This document shows, piece by piece, positions 48,374-61,629 of a stretch of 64,000 nt of DNA. Origin of the DNA: Pseudogymnoascus verrucosus (lineage: Eukaryota); assembly GCA_001662655.1 (NCBI GenBank), contig KV460240.1. One strand, given 5' to 3'. Both the position numbers and the translations under genes were made by a program. The stretch's first letter is position 1. Each line of letters begins with the position of its first letter. The notes under the pieces were generated by a model. It had not been told where the DNA came from, ran no database searches, and saw only the letters and a list, made by a program, of their open reading frames with translations.

Positions 48374-49801
48374 TCAAGCATCCTTAGCCCCATCCTTCTT
48401 CTCATCCTTCCCAGCCTCAGCAGTCTCCGACTTAACCTCACTCCCCTCCGCCGCACCCCCACTCTTCTTCACCTCCTCCTTCCCCTCCTTCACCCCCGCC
48501 TTAACCTCCTTCTCATCCTCACTATCCCCCAAACTAAACGGATCATTGTCCCCCTCCCCCACCGGATTCGGATCCACCGAGCTCAGCGGCTGCCACTTAC
48601 TCTGCTTCCCCGACGCCGGCGTCGTCGCTGCTGCGTCCTTCGCCGCGCGCCCGCCCCCATAAACATCGATCTCCTCTGGCGGCCCATCCTGGAACGACAC
48701 CTTGCGACTCCCATCATTCGACCTCGGCGTCGCGGGGGTCGGCTTGAAGAGGTCGGGGTTTGCTAATGGGCGGGTGGAGCGGCGCGCGTTGCCTGGGTGA
48801 GGGTTAGGAAGGGAGGTCGAGCGAGGAGTCACAATGTGGTGGAGCTCACTAGTATCATCGTTCAACTGTATTCCCGTGAAGTCATCGCTGAGGACCTGCG
48901 GATCGGCATCATAGCGACCGGAGTCCCCGCTGCGCCTGCCCGTGTCGCCGCGGCGCGAATTGTACTGCTGGTTCTGGAAGCCCTGGTTGTAGCCCTGTTC
49001 CTGGCGCTGCTGCGCATCGTGGATGTCGCTGAGGTCGTCGCCGTCGATGCGCTTCTTGAGGTTGGTAAACCATCCGTTCACTTTGCTCTGGGTCTCGATG
49101 AAGCCCTTACGGAGGTTCTCTTTGATCACTGGCAGGTCGTCATCCATGAAACTGTACTCATCCTCCTCGTGGTACGAACCTGAGCGCTGGTTCGGTCCGC
49201 GTTGCGGGCCTCCCCTGTTGCGGTTGCGGTCCTGGGTTGAGTCGAAGTGCTCAGCCAGCTGTCGTGCGTAGAGCTCATCCGCCTCCAACTGCGTCAGTTC
49301 TGGTCCAGCACGAGCTGGCCTAGGTGGCTGAGGAGGTGCCTGTTCAGCTATAGCAGCCGCCTCAGCAGCTGCCTCTGGATCGGTCATTCCAAGGAGGGCG
49401 TTGAATGCAGGTTCGATCTTGCCGCCGCTAGCAATCAAGACGGCCTTGATAACCGCGGCCTCCACGCCAGGGAACGCCTCCTTCAGGGTATTCTCCGCCT
49501 GTTGTTGCGCGCTGAGTGGCCGTGGGGGCTTCGCGGGTGCCTGTTCGGTGGTCGTACCTGCGGCTGGCTGGCCGGCGGGAGCTGTCGTCTGCTCACCGCC
49601 GCTCGCCACAGGCGTTTCTTGAACATCGTCGTCGTCCATTTCGAGTGGTCGTGCGGTGGTTGGGGATTCGGCGCCGGAGCTGGTCTTCGTCTGTGTGAGT
49701 ATGTGAGTGAGCTAGCTGTAGTCTGTAGGATGACGTTGCATGGATGGTGGTGGAGGCAATCCTACCGGTGGTGGGGATTCGGTTCTCTTAGGAGAGGACA
49801 T
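48374..49801 (-). CDS. CUE5: CUE-domain ubiquitin-binding protein (Cue5-like); introns 49765-49691 and ~48849-48793
   Basis: ESPTTARPLEMDDD; CUE domain LKEAFPGVEAAVIKAVLIASGGKIEPAFNALLGM; QLEADELYARQL. Confidence 0.85.
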
Positions 49802-50225
49802 GATTGTCGGAAGGGGGGGTTGGGGAGGGATGGCAAAGATGGTTTTATATCAAGCTTGGTTGCCCTTGTACGCGTACGTAAATCGCGGAGGATCTTTAAA
49901 GTCGTCGTAAGTTGCTATAAAAAGACGATCTGCTTGCGCCTCACGACTTCAACGTCTTGAAATCATGTACCGCTTCGGGTGACGACGCTCTAGCCACCGA
50001 GGGGCTAATCCAACGCCACATGCGACGCTTGGCACAAGGCTGACGTTTTGGCCGTAAATTTAAGGCATAAGATTTATGCGCCACTGAATTGTCCCTTCAG
50101 CCTTCTCACTCTTCCCAACCCATGTGAGAGATAGAACCATTCCGAGAGTCGCGACGGAAGAAGTATGATTGAGAAAACAGGATTCATTACATGATAGGTC
50201 AGAGACAAATAGGGTTGTTTTAGCC

Positions 50226-52305
50226 ATGGCGGATTTCGATCTTGCTACGAGCTTCATTCCCTCGTTATATAAACCCGCGTCACTACTGCCCATAGCAAAG
50301 CATCGTGAGAGTCTTCTTTATACCATTGAAACCCATGCGGTTACTATAGTGGTGGGTCAGACCGGGTGCGGTAAAAGCACCCAGCTGCCCCAATTCTTGG
50401 AAAAGGCTGGGTGGTGCTCTGAAGGCAAGGCCATTGCCATCACTCAGGTGAGTTACCCTTTCCCCAGTTGAGATATCGGAGTTAACATCAGGATAGCCTC
50501 GAAGAGTAGCTGCTACGACAGTTGCCACGAGAGTAGCTGAAGAGTTTGGATGTACGCTTGGGCAAGAAGTTGGATATTCGATCCGTTTCGAGGATGTGAC
50601 TTCGGCGGCCACGAAGATCAAGTTCTTAACCGATGGGCTTCTCCTACGAGAGGCATTGGTGGACCCGTTATTATCTCGATATTCCGTTATTATGGTTGAT
50701 GAAGCTCACGAAAGATCTCTCAGTACAGATGTTTTATTAGGAGTTCTACGGAAAATTCACAAGAGGAGGCCGGAGCTGAGGATCATCGTGAGCAGCGCTA
50801 CACTTCAAGCACACGAGTTCCTCACCTTCTTTACTGCCGAAGACACTGCCACCGCGAAGGATGCAGGCGGAACAGAAAGTGGCAAAGATGCGGGCGCGAT
50901 TATCAGTCTAGAGGGCAGGATGTACCCGGTCGACATTCTCTACACCGAGTCGCCTGCAGAGGACTATTTAGAGATGGCAATCCAAACAGTTTTCGACATT
51001 CACACGAAAGAGCCAGAAGGAGATATCTTGGTCTTCCTAACAGGCCGCGAAGAGATTGATAAAGCGGTACAAGCAATATCAGAACGATCAGCACAACTAC
51101 ACCCCCGCGCAGAGACAATGATGCCGCTTCCCCTATATGCAGGCCTCTCCACAGACCAACAAATGTACGTTTTCGAGCCCGCACCCGAAAACACACGCAA
51201 GGTCATCTTCTCCACCAACATAGCCGAAGCATCCGTAACAATCGACGGCATCATCTATGTAGTCGACAGCGGCTTCGTCAAACTCCGCGCCTTCAACCCC
51301 ACGACCAGCATCGAAACCCTCACCGCAACTCCTATATCCAAAGCCTCGGCAACCCAACGAGCCGGGCGAGCAGGTCGCACAAAACCAGGGAAATGCTTCC
51401 GCCTCTACACCGAATCCGACTACGCGTCCCTCCCACAATCCAGCATTCCCGAAATCCAACGCTCAAACCTCGCCCCTGTCATCCTCCAGCTCAAAGCTCT
51501 AGGCATCGACAACATCGCACGCTTCGGCTTCTTCACCTCTCCCCCCGCCGAACTCGTCATCCGCGCCCTCGAACTCCTCTACTCCCTCGGCGCGCTCGAC
51601 ACATACGCCAAGCTCACGCGACCCCTGGGCGTGCGAATGGCCGAGCTCGCGATAGAGCCCATGCTCTCCAAAGCCCTTCTTAGCGCCTCATCATTCAACG
51701 TCCTGAGCGAAATGCTCACCATAGCCGCCATGACGAGTCTCGGCGGCAGCGTATGGATCGAGCACTCCGACGAGCGCAAGCGGCTCGAGATGACGCGACG
51801 GAAATTCGCGGCTGAGGAAGGGGACCATCTCACGCTGCTGAATGTGTATCAAGCGTTCATCACTACGGGAAAGAAGGATGTCAAGTTCTGTCGCGACAAT
51901 TCACTGAATTTTAAGAGCATGACGAGAGCGGTGAGCGTGAGGGGACAGCTGAAGCGGATGCTCGAGCGCTTTGGACTCGTTGTTGATGAGACGTTGAGTA
52001 AGAACGCAAATAAACAGGCATTGGGTACAGGTAGTATGGATAAGGGAGAAGCGATACGGCGGTGTTTGACGACGGGGTTCTTTGCGCATGCGGCGAAGAT
52101 GCAGCCGGATGGGACGTTTAGGAATGTAGCGGGTGGGACGGTGTTGCATGCGCATCCGAGCTCGTTGATGTTTAATCGGAAGGCGGGGTGGGTGGTTTTT
52201 CAGGAGGTTATGGAGGTGGGTGAGAAGACGTATGTTAGGGAGGTTACGAAGATTGAGAAGGATTGGTTGGTGGAGTATGCGCCGGAGTTTTATAAGGCGA
52301 AGTGA
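50226..52305 (+). CDS. DHX35: DEAH-box RNA helicase, DHX35-like (intron 50448-50496)
   Basis: GQTGCGKSTQ, TQPRRVAA, DEAH, SAT, STNIAEASVTIDG and QRAGRAGR motifs; minimal N-terminus. Confidence 0.88.
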
Positions 52306-52758
52306 TAAAAGGTATTATACAGGGAGTTTAGGGCATAGACATCGTACACTGCTGGTATATCCTTTACATGAACTCATCTATACAAACCAACTATGGCAAA
52401 TATTGTTGTTAATTAAATGGTGTTCAGGGAAATTTGAATTTATTTTATGCTACATGATTTTATGTTTGTAGGCGAAAAATAAACATAATAAACCCAGCAT
52501 CAATAAAATACCAGATACAGCCAACCACCAAATCACAAGTAAAACCCTATAATTAACAAGACTCTCTAGCCGTAATAAAAACATGCAAAAGTCCAACATC
52601 CAACATCAACCTGCCTTCATTACCCCCAGCCTGACTCACCCCCCTCCCACCCCAGTCGACGTCACCCCTCCCAACCCCAACCCCAAAACGCCGGGACCAT
52701 CGAAGCGAGCCCTCCACATAACCCACAATACGCAACCTACCCCCAACAAACCACCCAA

Positions 52759-52847
52759 GCGGCTTTAGCTCACTTGGGAGAGCGCCAGACTGAAGACAAC
52801 TTCGGTTCGATATCTGGAGGCACTGTGTTCGATCCACAGAAGCCGCA
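52759..52847 (+). tRNA. tRNA-Phe(GAA) with a 16-nt intron (52796-52811)
   Basis: GCGGCTTTAGCTCA...CCAGACTGAAG[intron]ATCTGG...GTTCGATCC...AAGCCGCA. Confidence 0.93.
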
Positions 52848-53184
52848 TTCATCTGCGAATCGGGGATTACCTCGATTAACGAACACTTCTTTTTTTGCCA
52901 TTTTTTTCTTCTGTGTGGGGGTGGGTTGTGCGCGCACATGGATGGGTGGGTATTTGGGAAGATGAGAGACATTGTTCCAAGGCCTCGTGTTTTTTCTGCA
53001 TGGTGACTGACTGACTGGAGATGTGCGTCATAGGTTGATTTTTTTGAAGATCGATGGGGTTTTCTCTATGTTTTGTATTATTTCATATTGTGGTTGGTAT
53101 ATATATATATGCATCTCTAAAAAACAAATCCGAACACCACGCCCAATGCTTCCCACAATGCCGCTGTACTGTACTGTGTACCAT

Positions 53185-55566
53185 CTATGCCCTGTTACCC
53201 TGTCTCAACTGGACATTCCCATACCTCTGAAGCAGCTGGCGAATTATCATAACCCCAAACAAGACCGAACCGTATGTGCGAACAGGCCCAATCGCCTCTG
53301 GAGCCACTGCATTCGAAGCCACCAATATGTACACCGCAGCCGCAGACTCAACAGCAGCAAGAATAGCAAATGCGACGCTCCACTTCGAGGCCGTCTTGGA
53401 TATCGCAACTGTAGTATGATCCATAAGTGAGCGGAGCCCAATGAGTATACACCCCGTCATCGCCGCCTGAGTCATCGACCTTGAGTACTCTGTTGGCCTA
53501 TGGAATGAGAGGTTCCAGAACCACAGCAATACACCGAGAGCCACAGCGGTGAGGTTCCCAGATAACACCGATACTGGTGAACTATCCTGTGACTGCGCTT
53601 TCTCCCTCGCAGCCCGCTCATTCTCCGCTGCTTCTCGCTCATCAAACGAGAACGCCGCTCCAAACGCATCCGCCAACCCTGTCGTATCCTCAAGAGAATC
53701 AGGTGGAAAGAACTTCGGCTGCGCAAAAACAGCGTCCTGACGACTGGACTCTCTAGGCGCCTGGGAACCCTGACCTGGCAGCATATTAGACGTCATTTTA
53801 TTGAAGAAGTTCTGCTTCACCTCCTCTGAAGGGGCTGATAGTAGAGGCTGGTTTGGCGGATTTCTAAGTTTTCGTGCTGGTGTGATTGGGGCTGGGGGGA
53901 CTTTGAACCAGAAGGGTGAGGATTCTGGGCCAGATGGCGCTTGGTTGAAGTGTTGACCGTCTCTTTGGGCGGATAGGCCGCTGTTGAAGGCGCGGTGGAC
54001 GGATTGGCTGGGCATCCATTCCATTTCATCTGGATCTGGAGCGTTGGCAGCCTCCATGGATGTTGATTGTCCAGTATTAGATTGGTACTTGCCCAGAGCT
54101 CCCCTATTAGTTGGTGAAAATGGTGATGGCGAGCCCGTGATGCTCAGCGCCGAGGTTGATTTTGATGGAGTTTCCCGATTGCGATATGATATATTAGAAA
54201 TAGAACCAGGGGAATCCCAAGGCTTCGATTGCGCAAAATTTGTCCTCGGCGTTCCTTGGGACGATACCGGCGAGGAAGCTACGACGGGCTCTTGAGAAAT
54301 GCTATTTAGAGCTTCGTATAAGCTATTGGGAGCATGGGTAGGTGATGCTGTTGATTTCCGTTTAGCAATAAGAGCTTCGCGGTCAGGCGTTGATGAAAAT
54401 AGGGGTTTCGACCTGGCGGTGACCTTCTTGGTTGTCGTCATAGAAATCTAAGAAAGTTAGTACGCCCGAAGGTAAAGCATTTAGCTATTGCACTCACCCA
54501 AGCTGTGAAGGCAAACATAAACGTATGCGCAGCCATATTTATCGACGATTTAGCATCGGCGAGAATCGATTTACCATTGATGTACCAAAGGAGTCCACGT
54601 GTTAATAGCAGCACAATTTGGTGGGAATACCAGGATTCCAGGCCATGAACCTTATGAAGCCCATTCTTAATCGTATATCGAAACTCCGGATTCCACCATA
54701 GGGAAGCCAGGGAGAGCAGCAAGCTTGCCGCAGCTAAATCGGGAAGACGCGGTGCTACAACATCTGGAAGATGCGACACAGCTGATAACACGGGGTTGAC
54801 CAAGCGATAGAGAAACGGGCGAGAGGGGCCCATTCCGTCGAGGATCGAATCTCCCATGATAGAATCCTCCTCAAAGGAGTCCACCACAGCGGGCTGAAAG
54901 CCCCCCACGAGGGCCAGAACCTCACAAGCAAGCTGCAAGTAGATTCCTGATGCCCAAGCTACCTTCCCCCCGGATTGTATTCTTTCTAACCAAGTGCGCT
55001 TGGCCTTTCGTCCAGGGCCGCCATTCCTTCGGGTCCTCTCCAATTGTCTTCCATGCGCATCGACCTTGGCGCTGTAGACAGCGCGCTTCATGCGATCCTG
55101 GACCTTATCTACACAGTTTTCGCAGACCTGGGGATACCGCTCTTCTAGTTGCTGTTCGAAACGTTCGATATTCCGAGACAATCTATCGTAATCGGGATGA
55201 TCTGGATCTTCTGGGAGGTATTGCGCTAATGAGGAACGATAGAGATGTTGATTTTTGATGCATGTTTGGCAAAATACCGAATCGTCAGCCGACGCCGTCG
55301 ACCATGTTGGAGGAGGAATGGCCTTCGCAAATGACCTGCCCGGCGAGGCTTCTTCGAAAGTCGCTACCGGAGGATCCGTAATATCTCCATTCTGTAATGC
55401 GTCAGGAGTTATCAATGCAAGCAAATGAATCGCGTTTTACCTCGTCCAAGTAGTTTACAGCTTCGCAGTTGGCGCACTCCCACTGGCGAACGCTACCATC
55501 CTGCCTGCGCGTTGACTTTCGGTTACAATAAAAGCAAACGAGAGGTCGACCCAGCGAGGAAGCCAT
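53185..55566 (-). CDS. IMA1: Inner nuclear membrane protein Ima1 (Samp1/NET5 family), 3 exons
   Basis: CFYC, WECANCEAVNYLDE/NGDITDPP, VFCQTCIKNQHL and YPQVCENC zinc-finger pairs, followed by TM segments. Confidence 0.88.
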
Positions 55567-55814
55567 GCGTTCTATGCATCTAGTTCCGTTGTATGGACAG
55601 AAAAATCGCAAATATTCGCAGGCTTTGTGTTCCAACTTTTGTTGATTCTGCCGTATTCCCAGTCAGTCTGTTGATGAACCACCGCCCGGGGGTGGCTGTA
55701 GGGGTGGTAGGCGGTGAAGCGCACTGCGTCAACTTAGCGTCAGGTCAAGGTGGTGCTGTAGCTTTGCGGCTCATACACAGCTCCAGCCAGGAACACAACT
55801 TTCTCATATGCAGG

Positions 55815-56273
55815 ATGGCGTCGAGCACTCCATCACCCACCCAATTAATACACGCGTACAGACACTTGTACAAGGCCCTGCTGCATGCAGTTAGATATTC
55901 GAAACCTAGCCGCTATGTTGTTCGAGATGAGCTCCGCTCCGCCTTTCGAAAGTCCGATCCACGCGCATACGATGGAGGGAAAATTGCTCGAACACTCGAG
56001 TTTATTGAAGGCGCTGGCAGGGAAAAAGGCATAGAAAACCAGATATTGAAGAATATGTGTCAGACGGAGCATATGAGAAAGTACATCGCCACGACGTAAG
56101 TTGAAGCCGAGAATGGACCAGTCTTTTGAGAACCAAGCTGACGGATTTATTATAGTGCGACGCATAGGTCAAAAGGACTGGCTGGGGCTGCTAAAGCGAA
56201 GTCATTCGAACATTACAACAGCACAATTGCAATGCTGAATGATAGCATGGGCATGTGTTTACCAGTGCACTGA
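55815..56273 (+). CDS. Small LYR-motif-like (DUF1763-type) putative mitochondrial protein, 2 exons
   Basis: LIHAYRHLYKALLHAVRYSKPSRYVVRDELRSAFR; intron ~56096-56154; ends AMLNDSMGMCLPVH. Confidence 0.65.
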
Positions 56274-57106
56274 AATAATGCAGCATGACCAGATCCGTGA
56301 TATACAAGACGCCAGAAAGGGAACAACACCAGGCCAGCCAAGTCCAACCAAAGCAGAGAACACCATAATTGCTTGGACAACAAACTCAAAAGGGCAGGAA
56401 ATATGTCCATAGTTTGGCCTGCCGTGTCAACGCTACGCAATATGGTTGTGGCCAGGAACCTCACCACGGATCCAGAGCCAACAACTCGTCAGACACTGGC
56501 CGGATAGACACAAAATTCTACACCAATGGCTGTACACCTATATTGGTGGAAGACCAGCAACTTGGCCATATGCCCTCTTCAATTGGAGTGATCTGAGGAG
56601 GCGGCATGGGCACAGCTATCCTCCTGCAGGCGATCAAGTTAAGATGAATACATCCGGACGATAACTGCAATATCATAGGCAATTGCCTCCGAGAATAACC
56701 CTGCCGGGCGTCCCAAACCAATACTCTAATGTAAGATTATAATAAATGTAGATTATCATAATATCAAACGCTCAGCGTTGTGTACATAATGCTTGATTTC
56801 GACTGTTCAATGCTCCCATAAGTGAAATTACTAAATAAATCTTTAATTCCGTGAAGCCTACAATTATAGACCCTCCGATTGTAAATTATTTAGCCATTTA
56901 TCAAGACTTTCTCGTAGATTCGTTGTAGTTCACATATATAGTGAAAGTAGGCGTAAGAGACATTTACCACCAAACCTTACATAGTAGGGTCGGGTCCGGA
57001 AAAAGCTTGGCTCCAGCTCCGGAACCTCGCAACTTTAACGACAACCACCGCCAACTTCACGCAACGCCGCACCACCACCCTCAATTGACAGCCAACACCC
57101 TTCGCC

Positions 57107-57832
57107 ATGTCTTCGAAAGTTGCACAATCGGCTGTCAAAGCCACCCGCCGTGTCATTCCCGTGTCCGAGGTACGCTCTTCCCCCCAGCCACTCCCCCAAC
57201 ACCCTCCCTCCCTCACCTCCCACCACCACCTCCTCCTCCCTCACCACTAACCCCCCTCCCAGAAATACACCGTCCAATCCACCGGCATCTACGAGCGCAT
57301 CCGCCGCATCTTCGCCGTCGACCCAACCCGCTCCAACGGCATCCCCCTAAACCCTCAATTCCGCAACCCCACACCCGGCGCCCAGGACCCACGCACCATC
57401 GACGACCGCGTCACTCTCCCCGCCGCCGACATCGCCGGGAACCCCTACTGGAAGCGTGACACGCGCCGCAACTACGCGCGCGCGAGCGTTGTGGGACAGG
57501 GCGAGCTGGTGCAGCTACTGAGCGTGGGGAATGCGAAGGATGGAGCGAAGGTGGAGTTGATTGGGGAGCAGGGCGAGAAGGCGTTGGTGGCTGCGAAGGA
57601 CGAGGGAGAGAAGGGTCTTGCGGCGTTCTTTAGGGAGGGGGATGTGAGTGGTGTGCTTGGAGAGGGAGGGCTGCCGCCGAACCCGAGTCGTGGGGGCCCA
57701 GATGATGCACCGGTTCGGTATGAGATGCCGGAGGACCAGGCGTATCCCGCACAGTAAGTTTATTGTCGTTGATGTGGAGAGTGATGTGTGCTAACGATGT
57801 GTCTCAGGTACCCTTGCAGGACATTTGCTTAA
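57107..57832 (+). CDS. NADH:ubiquinone oxidoreductase 21.3 kDa accessory subunit (NUZM type); introns 57170-57262 and 57754-57807
   Basis: KYTVQSTGIYERIRRIFAVDPTRSNGIPLNPQFRNP...ADIAGNPYWKRDTRRNY...YPCRTF. Confidence 0.88.
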
Positions 57833-58272
57833 AGAGTGATGGAAAGAAGGAGCTGGGGAGAGAGTAGATTGTATATATGATAGCCTTTGTCGACTGAGAG
57901 TGGAATAAGAAGATTCAATGAGAGCCTTTGCTTTTTTGATAGTGTGATATGCACATGCCTTTCTAATTTCTTCTATGGATGTGCATAGACAGCTTCGGAT
58001 GCACCAATGCATACCACTGTTTATATCGGTGTCATCGACTATCCTGGTACGATTACGCAAACATAGCCATTGGCCATCTTCCACAAGATCACCATATAGC
58101 AAATACATAACAAATCAAGTTGTTTCCGTTTATTTAAAGCTACAAGCAAAGTTACCGCACAAGCCGTGCACAAACGCTACCCTGTCCATCATAATCCATT
58201 GTCAGCGGATACATAGAAGATCCGTGTACCAAACATCCCCTCCTCATACTTTCATACCATTTACTAGTAATC

Positions 58273-59087
58273 TCAAGCCTTAACTGACTCCGCAACAGCG
58301 GCATCGGTGTCCACCTTCTCCGCCGCCTCAGCTACATCAGCCGCCGCCTCATCCTCCTTAACATCCTCCTTAACATCTTCCTCCTTAGCAGCCACTGAAT
58401 CAGCGCCCAACAGCTTCTTCACCGCAGCATGGGTACCAGCAGGACTGCCCGGCTCAGCAGCCAACACCTTCCCCTCCTTGTCCACAACGAACAAGCCGCG
58501 CTGAGTGCCAGAAGGGCTTTTCTTAAGGCCAATCGCCTCAATCAGCGTAGCCTTCGGGTCGCAGAGGAGATCATAAGGCAAGTTCTGCTTAGTCTTGAAC
58601 GTGGTGTTCGCCTTGGGGCTGTCGTTGCTGAGGCCGTAGATGGCGAATCCTGCAGCGGTGAATGGCGCGTAGGAATCGCGGAAGAGGCAAACTTGCGTGG
58701 TGCCTGTGACTATTAGAGTAATTCCCCACATAAGATGGATGTAAACATACAGCCGGGCGTGCTGGCGCGGGGATACGTAAACAGCACGACGCCCTTCTCA
58801 CTCTCCTCCACTAGCTTCTGGAGAGTGGTCTTCTCGCCGTCCTGCGTCTCAATTTCGCCTCCGAAGCCGGCGAGGGTAATAGAGTCGCCGACTGCGACTT
58901 TGGTAGCCTTCTTGGCTGGCGCGGCGGCGGCGGCGGCGCCGTTGGTCTTGCTGACTGCGGCTTTGGCCTCAGGAACAGCTACAGCCTTGGCCTTGGCGGC
59001 TGGCTTTGCAGCTGGGGACTTCTTCTTGGATGGTGGAGCTGGAGCAGGCTCGACGGGGGCCTTGCGCTTGCGGAGGACGGGAGGCAT
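58273..59087 (-). CDS. DOT5: Peroxiredoxin of the BCP/PrxQ class (Dot5-like), intron 58750-58704
   Basis: FTYPRASTPGCTTQVCLFRD active site after splicing; basic NLS-like N-terminus MPPVLRKRK. Confidence 0.88.
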
Positions 59088-60312
59088 GATGGGCTGTGGT
59101 GATGAGTACGCGCGGCGGTTTGGGATAGGTGGTTGTGAAGTTGGCGCGCTGGTATGCGACGCGACGTGAGGTTTTGGGGACTCGGAAACCGGAGATAAGA
59201 GAGTAGAGCACGGGGAGACGCGATGTAAGACCGTGGTTTTCACGAAGGGATTGGGAGTGCGGGAGTCGCGTCGACAGAAGAGTCAGCGCGGATGACAGTG
59301 GGCGTGGAGTACGTAGATGGGGACAAAGTGATAAATCACTAGTAAATATCGTGACGACTACAATAACACGGATTTGGGGGGGAAGGAGGGATGGGAGAGT
59401 TAAGAAACAGGTAAGCCGGAGGGTGGCAGTACAACACCCGTAGCACGAGTATAGTACAACTACGACATCTGAGTGCTAAATTAACGGCGTTGTAGTTCAA
59501 ATGTGGTCTGGCCCGCGAGACAACGAGGCGAGGATGAGGGGGGCCGGATCGCCTCGTTTCATGCAAGGCCATAGAGTTGAGGGAGTCAAGCTGAGGCAGC
59601 AAATAGGAATGGCTGGTTAGCAGCACGACTTTCCTTGAGTAAAGGCATTATAAACCGGGTTGGAAGAGCGGCGGGAGATTGTGTGTAACGGCAGGGCGTA
59701 TATTACAGTGATCACGACAAAAAAATAGGGGGCAATCTTATATTTCAGCGATGTATTTTTATCTTCAGTACGTAGGGCAACAAGGAATAGCGATATGAGG
59801 AAATATCGATCGATGCAGAATGCCAGAATGCGAGGTACAGCACAGGACAGGACAGGAATGTTTCTAATCGAGTCTCGTCTCTTCCATTAATAAGCAAAAG
59901 TCATAAATCAAGTTTATATTGCGCATAATATCACGTGAAATAATATCACATGACTACTCCTTGTTACCCGCTTGGCACGAGCGAATCCGGGAAGCGTCGG
60001 CTGGGATCGCCAGGGAACGGAAGGGGCAAATTTTTTGGTGCTTGGCTCCGAAATCGCGCCACGGCAAAAGAAAGAAGTCAGTCACCGGAGAAGATAATTT
60101 CCATCTCTGCCTTATAATTGAACATCCAACAACCTCCCGGATCATCGGATACACCTAATTCACGCCCATAATCACAGACGATTCACTTAATTTATCAGCG
60201 ACTACTGTTCTGCCTTTGCTGCGAGGAACAGTCAACAAAGGATCGGCCGGAGTACGCTCACGACTTATCCACACGCGATCAACTGCTTTTTAGCGCCGCG
60301 CCTCACACGACC

Positions 60313-60929
60313 ATGAAGGTCTTCTCCAATTCCTGCAACTTCGACTACTCTTGGGAAGAGGTGTCGACTGCAAATTGGAGGAAGTACTGTCCATGGAACG
60401 ATAAATCTACACATGTCATTGCCGTCGACACGCTGTCGCGGCATGTCGACGCAGACACTGGAATTGTAAGTATTTCGAACCTGGCAATAGTGGCAAGCGA
60501 TGAATGCTAACCCAACACTCCCAGCTCCGCACCGAACGCCTCATAACATGCAAACAATCCGCACCGAAATGGCTCCTCGCCATGATGGGTGGAAACGAAA
60601 CCTCCCACGTCCTCGAGACCTCCTACGTTGACCCGCAATCGAAGAAAGTCACCATGTGCTCGACGAACCTCACCTTCGCGAACCTCATCGCGGTGCAAGA
60701 GACCGTCATCTACAGGCCGACATCCGACGCGAAGACCGAGTTCCACCAGGAGGCCAAGGTGACGGCCGTCTGCGGTGGCTGGCAAAAGATCAAGACCGCG
60801 GTCGAGGAGGCGACGGTCTGCCAGTTCCAGAAGAACGCCATCAAGGGCCGTGAGGGATTCGAGGCCGTGCTCGAGATGAGCAGGCTCGCGTTCAGCGAGG
60901 AGAAGAGCAGGCAGAAGATGATGGCATAG
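60313..60929 (+). CDS. UPS2: PRELI/MSF1-domain mitochondrial lipid-transfer protein (Ups2-like), intron 60466-60524
   Basis: [35 protein letters not shown] and [10 protein letters not shown]. Confidence 0.85.
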
Positions 60930-61629
60930 AGGGAACGACGATACATACGCAACCGAACCTTGTACCAACGACATAACGAACCCTCCTCATCTGCATCATC
61001 CACAACATTCGTCGATTAGCGTTGCATATAAAAAAAGGGGTTTTAGAAGGGGTTCTTGGTTGTTTTTGGGGGGTTAATTATTTAAAAGTACAGGGAGTTT
61101 TACGTGGGGGACGGACGAGCCGGTCGATGCCTAGCGTTTTTGGCGGGCTTTTTGTTACATATTGATATTGGAGCGGATAGACTTTAGCATGCGATACCCC
61201 AAATGGCAGGAAGAGCGCACTGCTACAGTTTATAGAAGGACGAAGCGATTAGAGACGCATACACCCTTAGAATCCAAATCACTTTTACAGATATTAATTC
61301 GGCTTGTTGGTGGATATCCACAGTGGGGTGATATATGGTTATATATGGTGCGATTATCTACCGTGTGAAATGTGGGCCTATATTTTCTTGTGAGAACTTC
61401 AATCATATAAACTAAATACGATCCCTATTGATACTATACAGATGACGTTGAATGTGTTTTAAGTCCCAATCCGTCCATTCCAATTCGCATCACATGATCG
61501 TATGGGAGGATTCTCAAATTCCTGGTACCTGGCATGGCTGTGCGCGGCTGAGGCGGCATCCAGCTGATATATAACCTTGAGACACAGCCTCACGAAATCC
61601 CCCAACTTTTCTTCTTCAACAATCTCACA